Made by a program: the position numbers and the translations under genes. Under the pieces are notes generated by a model that was not told the origin of the DNA, ran no database searches, and saw nothing but the letters and a program-made list of their open reading frames with translations. 64,000 nt of DNA from assembly GCA_047495785.1 (NCBI GenBank), contig JBLDXI010000021.1, forward strand, positions 1,426,001-1,490,000, in the 5' to 3' direction. This document shows positions 49,949 to 63,790 of the stretch, piece after piece (the first letter of the stretch is position 1; every line of letters begins with the position of its first letter). The DNA comes from Lepidodermella squamata. Lineage: Eukaryota; Animalia; Gastrotricha.

Positions 49949-52900
49949 TCTAATTACTATAATATATTAAACAAAGTGTTTTTGCGAATTATATTCAAAA
50001 GAATATCTTTTTTCAATAATTCGCCGAATGACACATTTAAAAACCCTAGTGTACGCAGAAAAGCACAGTAAAAAGTAGGTAGAGATTCTGCGATTTTTTC
50101 AGGATTATCAGACGAAACATTCACGTGAAAAAACGGGCTATTCATTGTCGCAGGATTTGGCGCAGGAAGTCCTAATAGCTCACGTTTTCTCGACGAAAAA
50201 ATTGCTAGCGTAAATAAACATCAGCGACCGCCTACGAGATAGCGCAACCCTTTTCCGCCTTCTACTACGTCTCGGCGGCAGGTAGAGAGTATTTTTCCTA
50301 CATTCACGCCGCAATTTGGCAAAAGCAACAATAATTAATCAAATTGAATGTTCGAAAGCAACGAGTGGTGACCTAAAACCATGTGTTGATTTTTTTCGAG
50401 TAAAATTATTATTTACAAGCAGGTGGAATGGAGTTTTTATTATCGGTCAAGTCCGGCAACAACAACCGAGACGAATGTAATAAATAGAGGCGAAATACTC
50501 GAGCTGTTGCAATAAAGAGACATTGTTGTGTGTTTATTTCCAGTCTTGAAAATTGGCTATATTAGCGCGCCCTAAAGCGATGAGCAAGCGCGCCAGCCAT
50601 TCACGCTCGTTTAATAATTGAAGGACACTTGGAAATGGTGCCAACGAGTGCGCGAGTGTGGGAATTTCCGTATAATTTTATTAACGTAAGCGTGATATAA
50701 ACAACCCGACGCTGAACACCAACGGTCGAGCTAAAGATATCGATGCTACATCGTATATACCAAGGGAAAAAAAGCAACGACGAACCGAGTCAGACTTGCG
50801 TGAAAAACGCGAAATAATTTGCGCGATGAGTTCAGGGTCACACACCGGTTGAAAAAATGTGTGCGCTTTTCATTTTATAAGTACCCAGCGCAGGAAATTG
50901 CCATTCAAGATGCGCGTTTCACGTCAGGTTTCACGTGTTTAAAAAAAATGCCGGCTCGCTGATTTTCGAGTTGAAGAGCGAAGTAAAACGCCTCGACTTC
51001 CGCAATGCGGGCATGGGTGACAAATAGGTAGGGAGGCGCATTTTTTTGTGAGAATATTGCTCACCTGTAATTCGATAAAATGCTTGCATCTTATTAATGA
51101 GACGACCGGCATTTATGACATCTATTAGGCGGATTAAAAGCGCGGAAGTGATGCCCGCCGGTGACATGCCGATCAACATGGACTTTGATCCAGCCAGGCC
51201 CCCTATCGGAAATTGCTTATAAAGACGGCAAAGTCTGCTTTAAACCCTGAAAAAAGGCGTGACGAATCTTTCCAGCTTATTTGGTCAAAACCGGGTTTAG
51301 ATTTAAGAAAAAGATGGACAAAAAATTGCAGTACGCAAAGATATTATTTATTGTTCTCACTCTGCTCAAATATTTGTTGAAAAAAATGTATTATTAAATA
51401 AATAGATTTGATTACTCACCGGAAACCCCCGTCGAATGTTCGCGGAAAACCTTTATTTAATTATTCTACTTCCTTTCATAGTTGTCCTCGGGTTTCTTCT
51501 GCGTGATTTCCTCCCGTGTCATGCCCGCAAAGGTTGATGAATTATGTTCAACACGGGCGAAAATTCCATCGAGTCAGAACTGGTCAGGTAGCAGCGGAAT
51601 CTCGGCGGTGATGCTTATTTAGCTAGGCCTCGACAGACGAGGGTCTGAATAAACAGAAGTCACACGCTGGCAACGTATCAAGAGCGAGGCGGAGAGTCGC
51701 GTGAAGATGCGACTGAGGATGCACCTAGCCTAGGAAGATAGCTGCCGCCGTCGCCGAGGTCGCCTGTTGACTCTTGTTTTTAGTTGTCAGCTATGATCTA
51801 CCCCGCGCTGCATATTATAGGCGCAACGTCGGTTAGCCGCCTCTTTGTTGGTACGCGTGCTGCTGCTGGAGAATGTGGATTCTTGCTATTGCGGAATCAA
51901 CGGCGCGCCTTCGAGTGTCACCACGCCGTTTGTTTGCCTGGCGTAGCCAATTTGTTATCCACCTTAACCACGTTATTAATGTAATTAATACCCATGTATT
52001 ATCGTCCTTGATTGCACTATTTAACTCGACTGGGCTGAATATACTCATGAGACACCCTATTACAAGCAATAAAAACTGTGTCATATACTATTGTTGTTAA
52101 TAGCACGCTTCGTGTAGCTGTACGTGAGGGCCCGCGTAAGATGGCGCTGAAACCGAGAAAAAGCTTCCGACGGCTATAGCTGCTGCAGCTTGCCGCTTGT
52201 CCAGCCTAAATCGTCGTCAACTTCTCTGCATTGCGCCTTTTTATCTGTGCTGTACAAACATGGTCAAGCACGAACGCGCAGCGGCTCCAAATTGGAACCT
52301 CTTTCTCAATAATATAATATCATCCAATGCATTAGCTGAAATGCTAGGACACTTATACTTACACACCACTCATATAATTGGGGCGCTCGAAAATTAATTG
52401 CTGAATGGCTTTTCGGTAAAAAACACTCTTAATTTATTCGTCATAATATCAATTGAGCAATTATATTACGGAATGAATGAACTCGTTATTAATGTCTATT
52501 ATTTTTATTTTTGCCGCATATTTTAATGCGTTTTTTCGGCAAATGTTTGCTGCTGTGTCTCGTTTTAAAGCTAAGCAAATAAGGACAGCCGTAAAATGAT
52601 ACACCAGCAGCTCATCCCCAAAAACATATACGTCAAATTTTAATAGTTTTTACCTGTGGCCGCTTTATTTATTTAGATGCACATCACTTTTAGCTGTTAC
52701 ATTTCATCGCGATAAATACACAAAAGAACACGCTTGCAAAATCATCGCTTGAAAAATTGATTTTGATACATCGTTCTGCTATTGTTGTTCATGCGCCAAA
52801 AATTTAATCGAAAGCGGTAAAAAGCAGGCCATTATCATTATAAGCAGAGCTTGATAGAAATTAATTGACCGTTTCACTGTTTGTCCGTTGATTTACCTGT

Positions 52901-55593
52901 GTGAGTGAGCGTATGTATGTAGGGCGAGGAGCATCCACAAAAATAACACTAATATAGAATTCGCGCCAAATCGACTGTTTCGCATGGCTAATGGCGGCGT
53001 AAACAAATGTGACGAATTTTCGTTTGTTATTCTTGACTCGGCGGCTGCGCATCAGTCACCGCCATTTTCGGGCGACCACGCGCCACCAATTTTATGGGTC
53101 CTCCTACATCAGGCCATTGATAGCAATCCGTATTATGCTCTCTATTTCTCGACATTCACCATTTTATTCACCGCAAAAACACACAAAGGACCAGCCGCAT
53201 TGTCATTTTTAGGTTTTATTTTATATCACCCTAACCGCCTTTATGGAGCAAAGATCTGAAAATTTTCCAGGCGGTCGGTTTTTCAAATTATCGCTTAAAA
53301 ATAACGCTCATCAAAAAAGTATTCAGCATGCGTATAAACTTGGAGTATACTTTCAGCCGCAAAAGCTGCGCATCTTGTAATTATGGCTTCAAAAGTGTAC
53401 GCACCTTGAGACGCGCCCCGTGGCTCTATGTGTTAACATAACGCGCTCGATTGCATTTAATTTTCATACTTTTTATTTGGCGCCATTGATTACATTTTTG
53501 CGTTTCAAACATATACTCCGCAAATTGAAATATTCGAAATATGAGTTTCATTCAGGATTTACCTCCTTAAAGTAATTACTTAACGCTTCATAGACCGTAA
53601 AACAGCGCGTGATTATTACATCAAAAACGACCTGATTAGGCTATGTGGATTTTAAAGCCTATATCACAGCATTTTATATACTATTTTTTCGCTTTCGCTC
53701 TCTAGTAATTTACCTGCTAATTGTCACGCGACGGGTGGGCTGTAGCCAGAAATATAGTTTCCTTGATTCATATGTTTTATATAAAAATGTATTTAACATT
53801 TTTCAATATCAAAAGATTCACTCGTTTGTTAACACAATGTAATTGCCTGCCGTGTGGAAATAAGGTTTTTCACAACTATTATTATTAAAATATTCAAATT
53901 GTCGTTTCACATCGTTCTCATTGCGCTCGCTCGCAGCTCGGCTTCCACCCCAGGTGGGAAAAGTGCGCGTTCATCACATGCGGGTGTATTGCTCGATACG
54001 TATATTGAGCCGAAACATATTGTGCATTGTTAAGGAAAACCACAGAATATTATATATTTATATATAAATTTCGGGCCATCTTTATTTTTACAATGCTCAG
54101 TGAAACCTACAGCTGCAAAAAGACGCAGTTATATGAATAAAATAGCCGTGTAATAATTAGACGACCTATCCGTACTAGTCGCACAATTATCGCTTGACCA
54201 AAAGCGCGCACATACACAAGTGGGCCCTATTATTTTAAAACAAAACTACACGCGAAATATATTAATTTTTCAGGATTTTTCCTTGCTCAGAATTTTGACC
54301 TAAGAGCCACGAAATAGGAAGGTTTTGTTTGCGACTTAATCCTTGATCTCGCAGCAATTACCATCTACTACTCGCCGCCTAAATAGCTCAACTACGTCGC
54401 CGTTTTTATGATAACAAAACAGTTATTTTTTCGAAATACTAGCCATTAAACTTTCAGATATTTGTTATTTTCCACTGTCTAATACATAGATCGGATATTA
54501 ATTCTTAAAATTTCCTTGTTTACCAGTGCCCAATGGGTGTTGTATTAGAAAATTAGCTCACTGCGCCATTTACAAGGCGGCGGATACTTTTTTCAACTTC
54601 CGAGTGCTCTCTCGCCGCCGGCCGTGCAAAATAATAAATATCGGCACACGCGCTTTTTAGGCGTGTTGTTGTTTGTTGTTTTTGGCCTGAAACACACTTG
54701 TTGCTTATTACCTGTAATATTATTGCTTACGTCAAGAGCAACGTTAGATTGCTTTAATGTGCTCGCGTGTATCATCGAGTGCTCAAAACGTGCGAGACAA
54801 AATCTAGCGATGATGTCACTGTGTTATTATTTTTCGCCTTCCTCATTCCGCCAAGTTGTCGTCGAAAATTGCGAGTTCGTGCTCGCGATATAACGAACCC
54901 AAGTTTTTCTCGCGCGACGCCACATCTTTTTGCGCGCGCGATCGTGGTGTTGTCAAATTGTGCGATAAATAATATCGTATCATTTCGTGCAAATAATAAC
55001 ACTACTTGGTGGCGTTGGCACAGCCTACCTGTTTTGGCGCCTCTTTAATAAAAACTGCGAAAAATTTGTTCATTTCGCGCTTAATATACTCGCGCTTAAT
55101 AACGAATTGGCGACGGATTTGAGCTGCGCGAGGCGCACGCTCGCGCCAAAGACATCATTTCTGCGCGACTAAGGCCGTGTTCGCGCGCGCGCTAAATATG
55201 CAAACACGGCGATGTGTACGCAGCAGAGATACGCCTAGGAAAAGAAGACGGAGAAAGATGCCTTAGCTGCGCCACCGTTGTGATGCCCACAACAAGCAAC
55301 CTATTAATATTATTTGCACTAGAAGCCGCATGCGCAGCGGTTCCAGCATAGCGCGCGCTCGGTATAAATTTAGGGTGTCTAAAAAGAAACGACGCCAAAT
55401 TTTGGACAAATACCAACAATAATTCACGTGTTTCTGATACCTATAGATAATACTTATATCAATTTCGTCTATATAGCAAAATATCTGGGGCAAAAAGTAG
55501 TATCACTGATTTTTCCATCTTTGCTTTGTTTAGAAAGATAAAACGTTTCTGTATTTACTTTGAATCGGGAAGCACCTTGCGGCGGAATTTCAG

Positions 55594-57245
55594 ATGGAAA
55601 TTCGGCTTGTGCCAGCGGTTTCCGCAGCTTTGCTCGCGGTGATTAGTATAACAGGCGTTGTAGCTGGGCCGTTCTACGAATGCCGAGCTGGTTCTGAAGA
55701 AAAGTACCAGGTCAACCTGTGCGTCGATCGATGCCCCGAGGTGGGATCCCAGCGCGGATGTACCGGCAATCGGACCTGCTGCTTAGTCGGCTGTGCTAGG
55801 ATCTGCTTCCACGAACGAAAAACAGCTTCGACTCCGGATGAAGGTATTGCGTTTTTTGCAGGAAGACATTGCTTTTTAAAATTAAATATAAGGATTCAAG
55901 CTCAGCTTTCAGCTTTCAGTTCTCGGCTCTAGTGATAGATTATTAGGAACCCGCTCGACCTTGTTTAAATCGAGGCTTCAAGTTTCCCATATTAGAAAAC
56001 GCATACTAAGGTCTTGAAATCATTTGTGGGTATCTCTTGGAATAATTCTATCGAATATTTGATTTTCGCCAAATTAACAATTTTCTTATTTTTTTCATCG
56101 CAGAACTTGCTGCTGTGACAACTGCTCCCAAGTTCCACCAAACCATGCATTTTATCCGCGATGACGTAGCTGGAAGTGGCGACAAACCAGCGACGCCTGT
56201 CAAAGAACCAGAATTAATCAATGGAACCGAAGAAGCGGTCAAAAATGAAACTGCCGAGTTTTTACTACCTATCGTCACAAATGAATTGAAAGACTACACG
56301 CCCGGCTTGTCTTCATCGCTGGCGAGTGGCTTCAATTCTGAGCTTCCGATGACAGAGGCGGTGACAACGGCCGCCCCACCATCGACGGCAAGTGGCGACG
56401 ACCACATCACTCCGTTGCACGTACTGGGTAAGCTTCGGTTTTCGTCGAACCGCGATCGATCGATATCAAAGGACGAAGATCGCGTCAGCCACGCGGTTGT
56501 CAAAACTTTCCAGCAATGGAACGGCATATCCGACAATATCAACAACGCGCTAGACGGTAAGTTGGCTCAGCCGCGTTTCGACGATGAGCCTGAGTTTGAC
56601 GCGTTTTTAGATGCCCAACAAGCGGCACGGTCGGCGAAAGGCGCCGATTCAGCGCTCATGTGGCAAATTTTCGAATTTTTACGCATGATCCAGTCGAAGC
56701 TGGACATGCTCAACGCAAGCGGCAAATGGGCGTCGATGGTCGGCGGTGGCGAGGTGGCGCCAACTTCGCGATCAAAGCCGCCGCTGTCGCCTAACGATCC
56801 TAACATCCTTATCCGAAAATCGCTGTCTGATTTCACAAAAGCTCTAGCTAAGATGCAGAATGAAATTACCTCGCTATCTGCCGGGCAACAGCAGATAATT
56901 CGCATTCTCGAGCGAGTTTTTGTCAATCAAATGCGCCTGGCTAGCGGGCCGGTTGCCATCAGCACTCGGCGCCAGCAACGATGGCAGCAAAAACCGCCAG
57001 CAGGTGTTGTCCAACCAGGTGCTTTAAACCAATTAACCCCGCTTGCCGAGGCGATCCTGCTAGATAATACAAGCGCCGATTTTGGCGGCGATACGTCGAA
57101 CTGCTACCGCCTTAACGGCTGCTCGTTCGACGTATGTCGCGTCGCCAGGTGCCAGAAATTCCCAGACTCGACTTGCCGCATCAACAGTTGCCGCAACTGC
57201 GCGGCCGAATTTTTTGTCGGTAACACGCAGGTGCAGTGTAATTAG
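55594..57245 (+). CDS. Secreted WAP-like protein with a long linker and a C-terminal Cys-rich module
   Basis: Signal peptide; CVDRC...C.GNRTCCLVGCARIC (WAP four-disulfide-core pattern); intron 55844-56103; terminal C..C...C...C..FP...C..N.C..C.AEF......V.C module. Confidence 0.75.
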
Positions 57246-58642
57246 TCAAAAGCTATACATAGAGAAAAAACCTCAACTTTTATTGCTCCACACCTGCTAT
57301 TTGATCAATTAATTCTCTGAAAAAATCCTATCTCAATCTAACTCTCTGTTTCATGGGACATTTTGTGTTTCTTTCGCAAAATAGCAAAAAATCAGCAGTC
57401 TTCATATTCGGTGTGCCTGATTTTACGTATATCATTGTATATCTCCAAGAGCGCATCCCTCTGCCTTTTGCGCTTACCTGCGAAGTTCATTTCGCATTCA
57501 TCAACGTTGTGGTTTTTCTAAGCAATTTCTTTACTATATAATAACGCTTTTGATATTGTGACAAGTCGACGAAGCTTGAATGGCTAAATTTCGCGAGACA
57601 TTTGATGTTTCTCTGACTGTATTTTATCTATATTTTTTGACCATCGTAAGCAGCGATTAATCATCTGTAAATAGCCTTTTTATCGATCCGCGACGCTGGA
57701 GGCAAACTAGATCGACAACAATCACATCGAAGTGATCAGTTTTAACGTCTCCGAAAGACTTGTGCCAACTGAATTTGTACCTGATGTATTTCAGCAATAA
57801 TAATATATAAGCGTTTTAAAAACGTAAAATAATCACGATTTTGGTCGTCAAAAAAAATAGTTTGGAAAAAATTGTAACTTGCAGTAATTTTTGTAACGAG
57901 TTGTTGGATATTCAAGTAGTTCAATGAGTTTATTATTACAATTACCATTATTATTATGAATTTTATAGCTTGTTACTCGGATTTGATTTGTTTGTAACTT
58001 GGCAATTTGAGAAGAAAATTCTCACAAAATTTTATGCGCGTTGTGAAAAGCTCATCGATATGCTGAAGAAGAAAGGAAAATAAAGTGAAAATAATGATTT
58101 AATTTCCTAACAAGATTTTTGGACGATCTTGAAATATGAATTTTCCATTTCAGCTACTTGTTGTCCTTAGTCATGTATAAAAATTATCAATGTTGGGTTT
58201 CAAGACGATTGGTATCGGAAAATCACTGAAGTCGATATTTGGAATAACCTTAACTGACCGCTCACATCATCGCAAAATACGCAATCTGTAGAGATCTCAG
58301 GCAAGATCTTGGGAATGCCTGAAACTTGAGAAACAACTTGAGGAAACAGGAAACCTAATGCCAGAGTCTCAAATTTGGTACTGGAACCCTAAACTTGGGG
58401 CGTGCACTTGGCGCACCCAATTTCCGGTGAAAATCTGTGCTCACGAATCACAAATAAAACCCGAGACGCCGATTAGATAAGAAAATTTAATTGTCGGGCA
58501 AAGTGATAAAACGCTGAAAGCCACATCCGCAGCCAAGGAGTTACGCCCTGACTAATTGCCGCTTGATATCATCAGGCTTTTTTGCATGGCGGTCTACGAT
58601 GCGATATCAATTCACTCCACTTTTTGTTCACACCGGGAAAAG

Positions 58643-61080
58643 ATGAAATATTTGCTGTGCACTGTTTCGATTGTCGCCTGTCTTGTTTCGGTTCGTCCAA
58701 TTAAACCCCAAAAATATTGACATAAACATCCTTTTCGTATAGGCAGCATCTGCAGCTGGAACTTGCACGGGCTCGCCGATCACCGACCGAGCTCAGATCC
58801 AACAATGGCTCGCTAGCGTCAATGACACGCTGACGACGATGAATTTTGACCTAGTGACAGCTGAATGGAACTGGTCAACCGACATAAACTCAGCGAACGA
58901 GAAGAAGAAGGCCGATGAAAACGCGAAAATGGCGACAAAGAATAAGGAACTCTGGGCCCAAGCCGCTTGCATCAAGTGCGATGTAGCAGGGTGTTCCGAA
59001 GACGAAGCGCGCCGTGTGAGCCGCTTCACAAGCATTGATACCTCCGCGTTGACCGATCAGAAATTCGCTGACGTAAGCTGAAGGGAAATACTATTAATAT
59101 TATTTAATATCTGTTTTTAAAGTACGGCGTTGTTCAAACTGCCATGGAAAATATTTACGCCACAGCACAGGTTTGCCGCCCTGATGGATCCGACTGCATG
59201 AACCTTGATCCTGAACTAACTGAATTATTGGAAACCTCTCGCGACTACTGCGAGCTTCAACGAGCTTGGGAAGGTATCTGAAATGTTCCCAATAATACTA
59301 GGTTTTTCTCATTGCAATTTCAAATTAGGCTGGCGCGATCAGAGCGGTCGCAAAATGCGAGGCTACTACACTTCCTATGTACTTCTACAAAATGAAGCCG
59401 CCCTTCTTAACGGTTTCCCGAGCGCCAAGGAAATGTGGACCAAGTCTTACCTGAACGATGAGCCGAAATTTTTCGATCAAGTCGAAGCAGCTTGGCAGCA
59501 AGTGTTGCCTTTGTACAAGGAACTGCACGCCTACGCCCGCTTCAAGTTGAACGAATGGTACCCAGCTAAAGACTACCCGATGCCGAAGGGCGGCCACATT
59601 CCAGCGCATGTATTTGGAAACATGTGGGCGCAGGATTGGGAGGCGTTGTACCCCCTCCTCGTTCCGTACCCCGAAGCTCCGGAGGTCGATGTTACGAAGT
59701 TGTTGAAGGACAAAAAGTGGGACGAGATGAGGCTGTTCAGGGAGGCTGATAGCTTTTTCCAGTCGATTGGACTTGGCCCGATGACGGATGATTTCTGGAA
59801 AAATTCTGTGTTCTTGCGCAAGCCGAAACCAACAGAGATGGTTTGCCATGCTTCAGCTTGGGATTTCTATAAGCAGACAGATTTCCGGGTGAAAATGTGC
59901 ACCGTAGTTACGTCAGGTGATTTCCAAACAATTCACCACGAAATGGGACATATTCAGTACTTCATGCAGTATAAGGACCAGCCTGTAATCTACAACAATC
60001 TTTACCAGATTTCCCCACATTTATTTGGTTGAAATTCTCGCAGGTTGAGTTTCGCGACGGTGCCAATCCTGGATTCCACGAAGCCATCGGCGACCTTATC
60101 GCTTTGTCTGTCATGACACCTGGTCATCTAAAAGCAATCGACCTGTTGCCGCCAGATTTTAAGGAAGATGAAAGTAAGAATTCTATTATTTTAGCCACTT
60201 CATATACCTGTACCGTAATTGTTTCATCCCGCAGAAACTTCCCTCAATTCCTTGATGAGCATGGCATTGCAGAAGATTCCTTTCATGCCCTTCGGATACC
60301 TGATGGACAAGTACCGGTGGTCGATTTTCGAGCGTAAAACCAGCTTTTCAGACCTGAACAAGGCCTGGTGGGATCTGCGTTGCGAAATGCAGGGTGTTTC
60401 GCCCCCGGTCCCTCGCACTGAAGAAGACTTTGATGCGGGGTCCAAGTACCACATTCCAGCATCAGTTCCGTACATCCGCTACTTCTTCTCCCACATCGCC
60501 CAATTCCAGTTCCATCAAGCGATCTGCGCAAAAATGAACATCACCGAAAATATTCACCAGGTACATATCTGTTTAATATCGATGAGTATTGGTATTTCTA
60601 ACTCCAAGTTTGTTACTCACACAGTGCGATATTTACAATAACAAGGATGCCACTGAAGGATTTAGGTTGGATTTTACGATGTTTACAGGTTTCAACAAAT
60701 TTTGTTTTATTCACCCCAATAGAAATGCAATGGCTCTTGGCAGCTCTGTTCCCTACCCCCAGGTCATGAAAACTCTAACTGGCACTGAAAATCTAGATGC
60801 TTCTGCTATTCTCAACTACTTCGCCCCGCTCTACAAATGGCTTCAGGAACAAAACAAGAAAAACGGTTTGTGGCTATATTTCATTTTAAACCAATATTGT
60901 CGATCCCAATATAATGCAGGCGTTACGGTTGGCTGGGACGCGCAATGTGCCCCTGTTACGAGGAATAAGTGTAACTACAACCCTCCAACCAATCCGACTA
61001 CGACACCAATCAACAACGGCGTCACGCTGAGCTACTCTTTCATCGCTCTCTCCACGGCAATTCTTGCTTACCTGATCTAA
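58643..61080 (+). CDS. ACE: Single-domain angiotensin-converting enzyme (peptidase M2), copy 1, probably GPI-anchored
   Basis: GNMWAQ, CHASAWDF, HHEMGH, GANPGFHEAIGD and FDAGSKYHIP; nine exons; hydrophobic C-terminus with no cytoplasmic tail. Confidence 0.95.
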
Positions 61081-61273
61081 ACTATGTGAAATTTAATTGA
61101 TTAGAAACCATTGTGATTTGGCTTAAATTTGAATTCTGACTATTTTGTGCCATCAAATCAGCTGGTTCTAAAAGAAGTCAGTTTTTAGCAAGAAATTCTT
61201 AATCATATATGTTCTGCGACCGAATGTAACATTTGAATTATACTTTCATTCATAGCACATTTTTATAAGAAAG

Positions 61274-63790
61274 ATGATGAGGTGCGTTCTTCTTTTGCTG
61301 GCAGTCTCCTGCTTTGTATCGGTAAGTTGTTAATTAAATAGGATAATAAGGAGGAAAGTTTGGGATTTAGGAAGTTCGAATGCAAGAATGAATCGTAGCT
61401 GTTTGGGGCATTCAGACAAAATTTCCTCCGAATAATTAATGCATGTGAACGCGGTTTTATTCATTTTTCGCAGGTTGCCAACGCTCAAGCCACGTGTACC
61501 GGTGCTAAAATAGAGGATCTGAAAACGATCCAGCAATGGCTTGCGGACGTAAATGATACCATCACTGTTATGACGTATGACAACGTTCTTGCCGAATGGA
61601 ACTGGAACACAGATATCAATTCGGCTAACGAGAAGAAAAAGGCCGAGACAAATGCAATCATGGCTGCGGAATACAAGAAGCTTTGGGCACAGGCTGCTTG
61701 TATTGATTGCGCTAAAGCTGGTTGCTCCACGGAAGAGGCTCGTCGAGTTAAATCCTACTACAGCATTGACACGTCGGCGTTGCCCGAGCAAAAATACGAT
61801 GATGTAAGCTGAATGCTGATATTTCTGCTGATTTTACATTATTTTTTCTTCAGTATGGCGTGATTTCGACCACGATGAAAAACATCTATTCGACAGCTCA
61901 AGTTTGCCGGCCAGATGGATCAAGCTGCATGAATCTTGACCCTGAAATAACGGAGCTTTTGGATACTTCTCGCGACTATTGCGAACTTCAGTGGGCTTGG
62001 GAAGGTATGAACAAAAAATGAGAGTCCGGCCAAAATAACCCAATTTTTTAGGGTGGCGCAACCAGAGTGGTCGCAAAATGCGAGGATACTATACGTCTTA
62101 CGTCCTTCTGCAAAACGAAGCTGCTCAACTCAACGGCTACCCCAGTGCCAAAGAAATGTGGACAAAGTCGTACATAAACGACGAACCTATGTTTTTCGAG
62201 CAAATCGAAGCGGCTTGGCAACAAGTCCTTCCGTTGTACAAAGAACTTCACGCTTTCGTCCGAAACAAGCTGGCAGTCTGGTACCCAACTAAAGACTATC
62301 CGTTACCGTCGAGTGGCCACATTCCAGCTCATTTGCTCGGTAATATGTGGGCTCAAGACTGGACAGCTCTCTATGATCTAGTGGTGCCATATCCCAACGC
62401 TCCAGCCGTAGATATAACCAAGCTACTCCAGGATAAAAAATGGGACGAGATGGAGTTGTTCAAAGAGTCAGATCGCTTTTTCCAGTCAATAGGACTCGGC
62501 CCAATGACAGATGACTTCTGGAAAAACTCGGTTTTCTTGCGCAAGCCGAAGCCGATTGAAATGGTGTGCCACGCCTCTGCTTGGGATTTCAAGCGTCTAA
62601 CTGATTTTCGTATTAAAATGTGCACCGTAGTCACGTCTGGCGATTTCCAAACAGTACACCACGAAATGGGCCACGTTCAATACGTAAGCTCAGTTTTGGG
62701 ATACCGAAATTACCAATTCTATCTTACTTTATTTTCGCAGTACATGCAATACAAGGATCAACCTATTGAATTCCGTAGTGGAGCTAATCCTGGGTTCCAT
62801 GAAGCTATCGGCGATCTCATCGCGCTATCTGTCATGACGCCAGGCCATCTGAAAGCTATCAATCTATTACCTGCTGACTTCAAAGAGGACGAACGTAGGT
62901 TCGAGGGATTTGCTCTACTCATAGCTAAGTTGTATGCCCTCTCACAGAAACTTCACTGAATTCTTTGATGAGCATGGCTTTGCAAAAGATTCCTTTCCTG
63001 CCGTTCGGATACCTGATGGACAAATACCGCTGGTCGATTTTCCAGCGTAATACCAGCTTTTCAGACCTGAACAAGGCCTGGTGGGATCTCCGCTGTGACA
63101 TGCAGGGTGTTTCGCCGCCAGTCCCTCGCACCGAAGAAGATTTCGATGCCGGCGCCAAGTACCATATTCCGGCCTCCACCCCTTACATCAGATATTTCTT
63201 CTCCCACATCGCCCAATTTCAGTTCCATCGATCGATCTGTGAAAAAATGGGCTATAAGAAAAACTTCCATCAGGTTGAATTCTGATCAACCTCATTCTTT
63301 ACCATCGATTTCAAATTTTAATTTATTTTCAGTGTGACATCTACAATCAGGTTGAAGCGACGAAAGGTTTCAGGTAATATCCAAATATTCGATTGAGTTT
63401 GATTACTTCGAGGTTCTCTCAGGGATGCTATGGCTCTAGGATCCTCCGTTTCTTATCGAGATGTTATGAAAACTCTGACTGGTACCACTGATCTCGATGC
63501 TTCGGCTATTCTCGACTACTTCCAGCCGTTATACGACTGGCTGAAGGAGCAGAATACCAAGTCAAGTTAGTAAAGTCATTTAACCCACTCGCAATCAAAT
63601 TCTTATTCATTCCCAATTCACAGAGGTAACCGTTGGCTGGCAACCTCAATGCGCACCCGTGAAGCGTAACACGTGCGACTACTCTCATCCAAACGTTCCT
63701 ATGACAACCGCGAAACCTGGCAACGGTGCCGCGCTATTCCAGTCATCCTTCGTTGTTATTCTGGTCGCTGCAATCATTCAACTTTTCTAA
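61274..63790 (+). CDS. ACE: Single-domain angiotensin-converting enzyme (peptidase M2), copy 2, probably GPI-anchored
   Basis: Same catalytic motifs (HHEMGH, EAIGD); nine exons; ends GNGAALFQSSFVVILVAAIIQLF followed by TAA at 63790. Confidence 0.95.

Noticed and set aside
50000-55550. Many short ORFs and CGCG-rich mini-hairpins (e.g. ~55125-55192)
   Set aside because: Consistent with chance in a genome that is not CpG-depleted; no tRNA, CRISPR or gene signature.
58465-58575. GATA sites upstream of ACE (also near GUSB and the NtA gene)
   Set aside because: Hexamers are too frequent in AT-rich DNA to call without conservation data.
3438-63337. Numerous antisense and alternate-frame ORFs overlapping real exons
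   Set aside because: Shadow ORFs of coding sequence.
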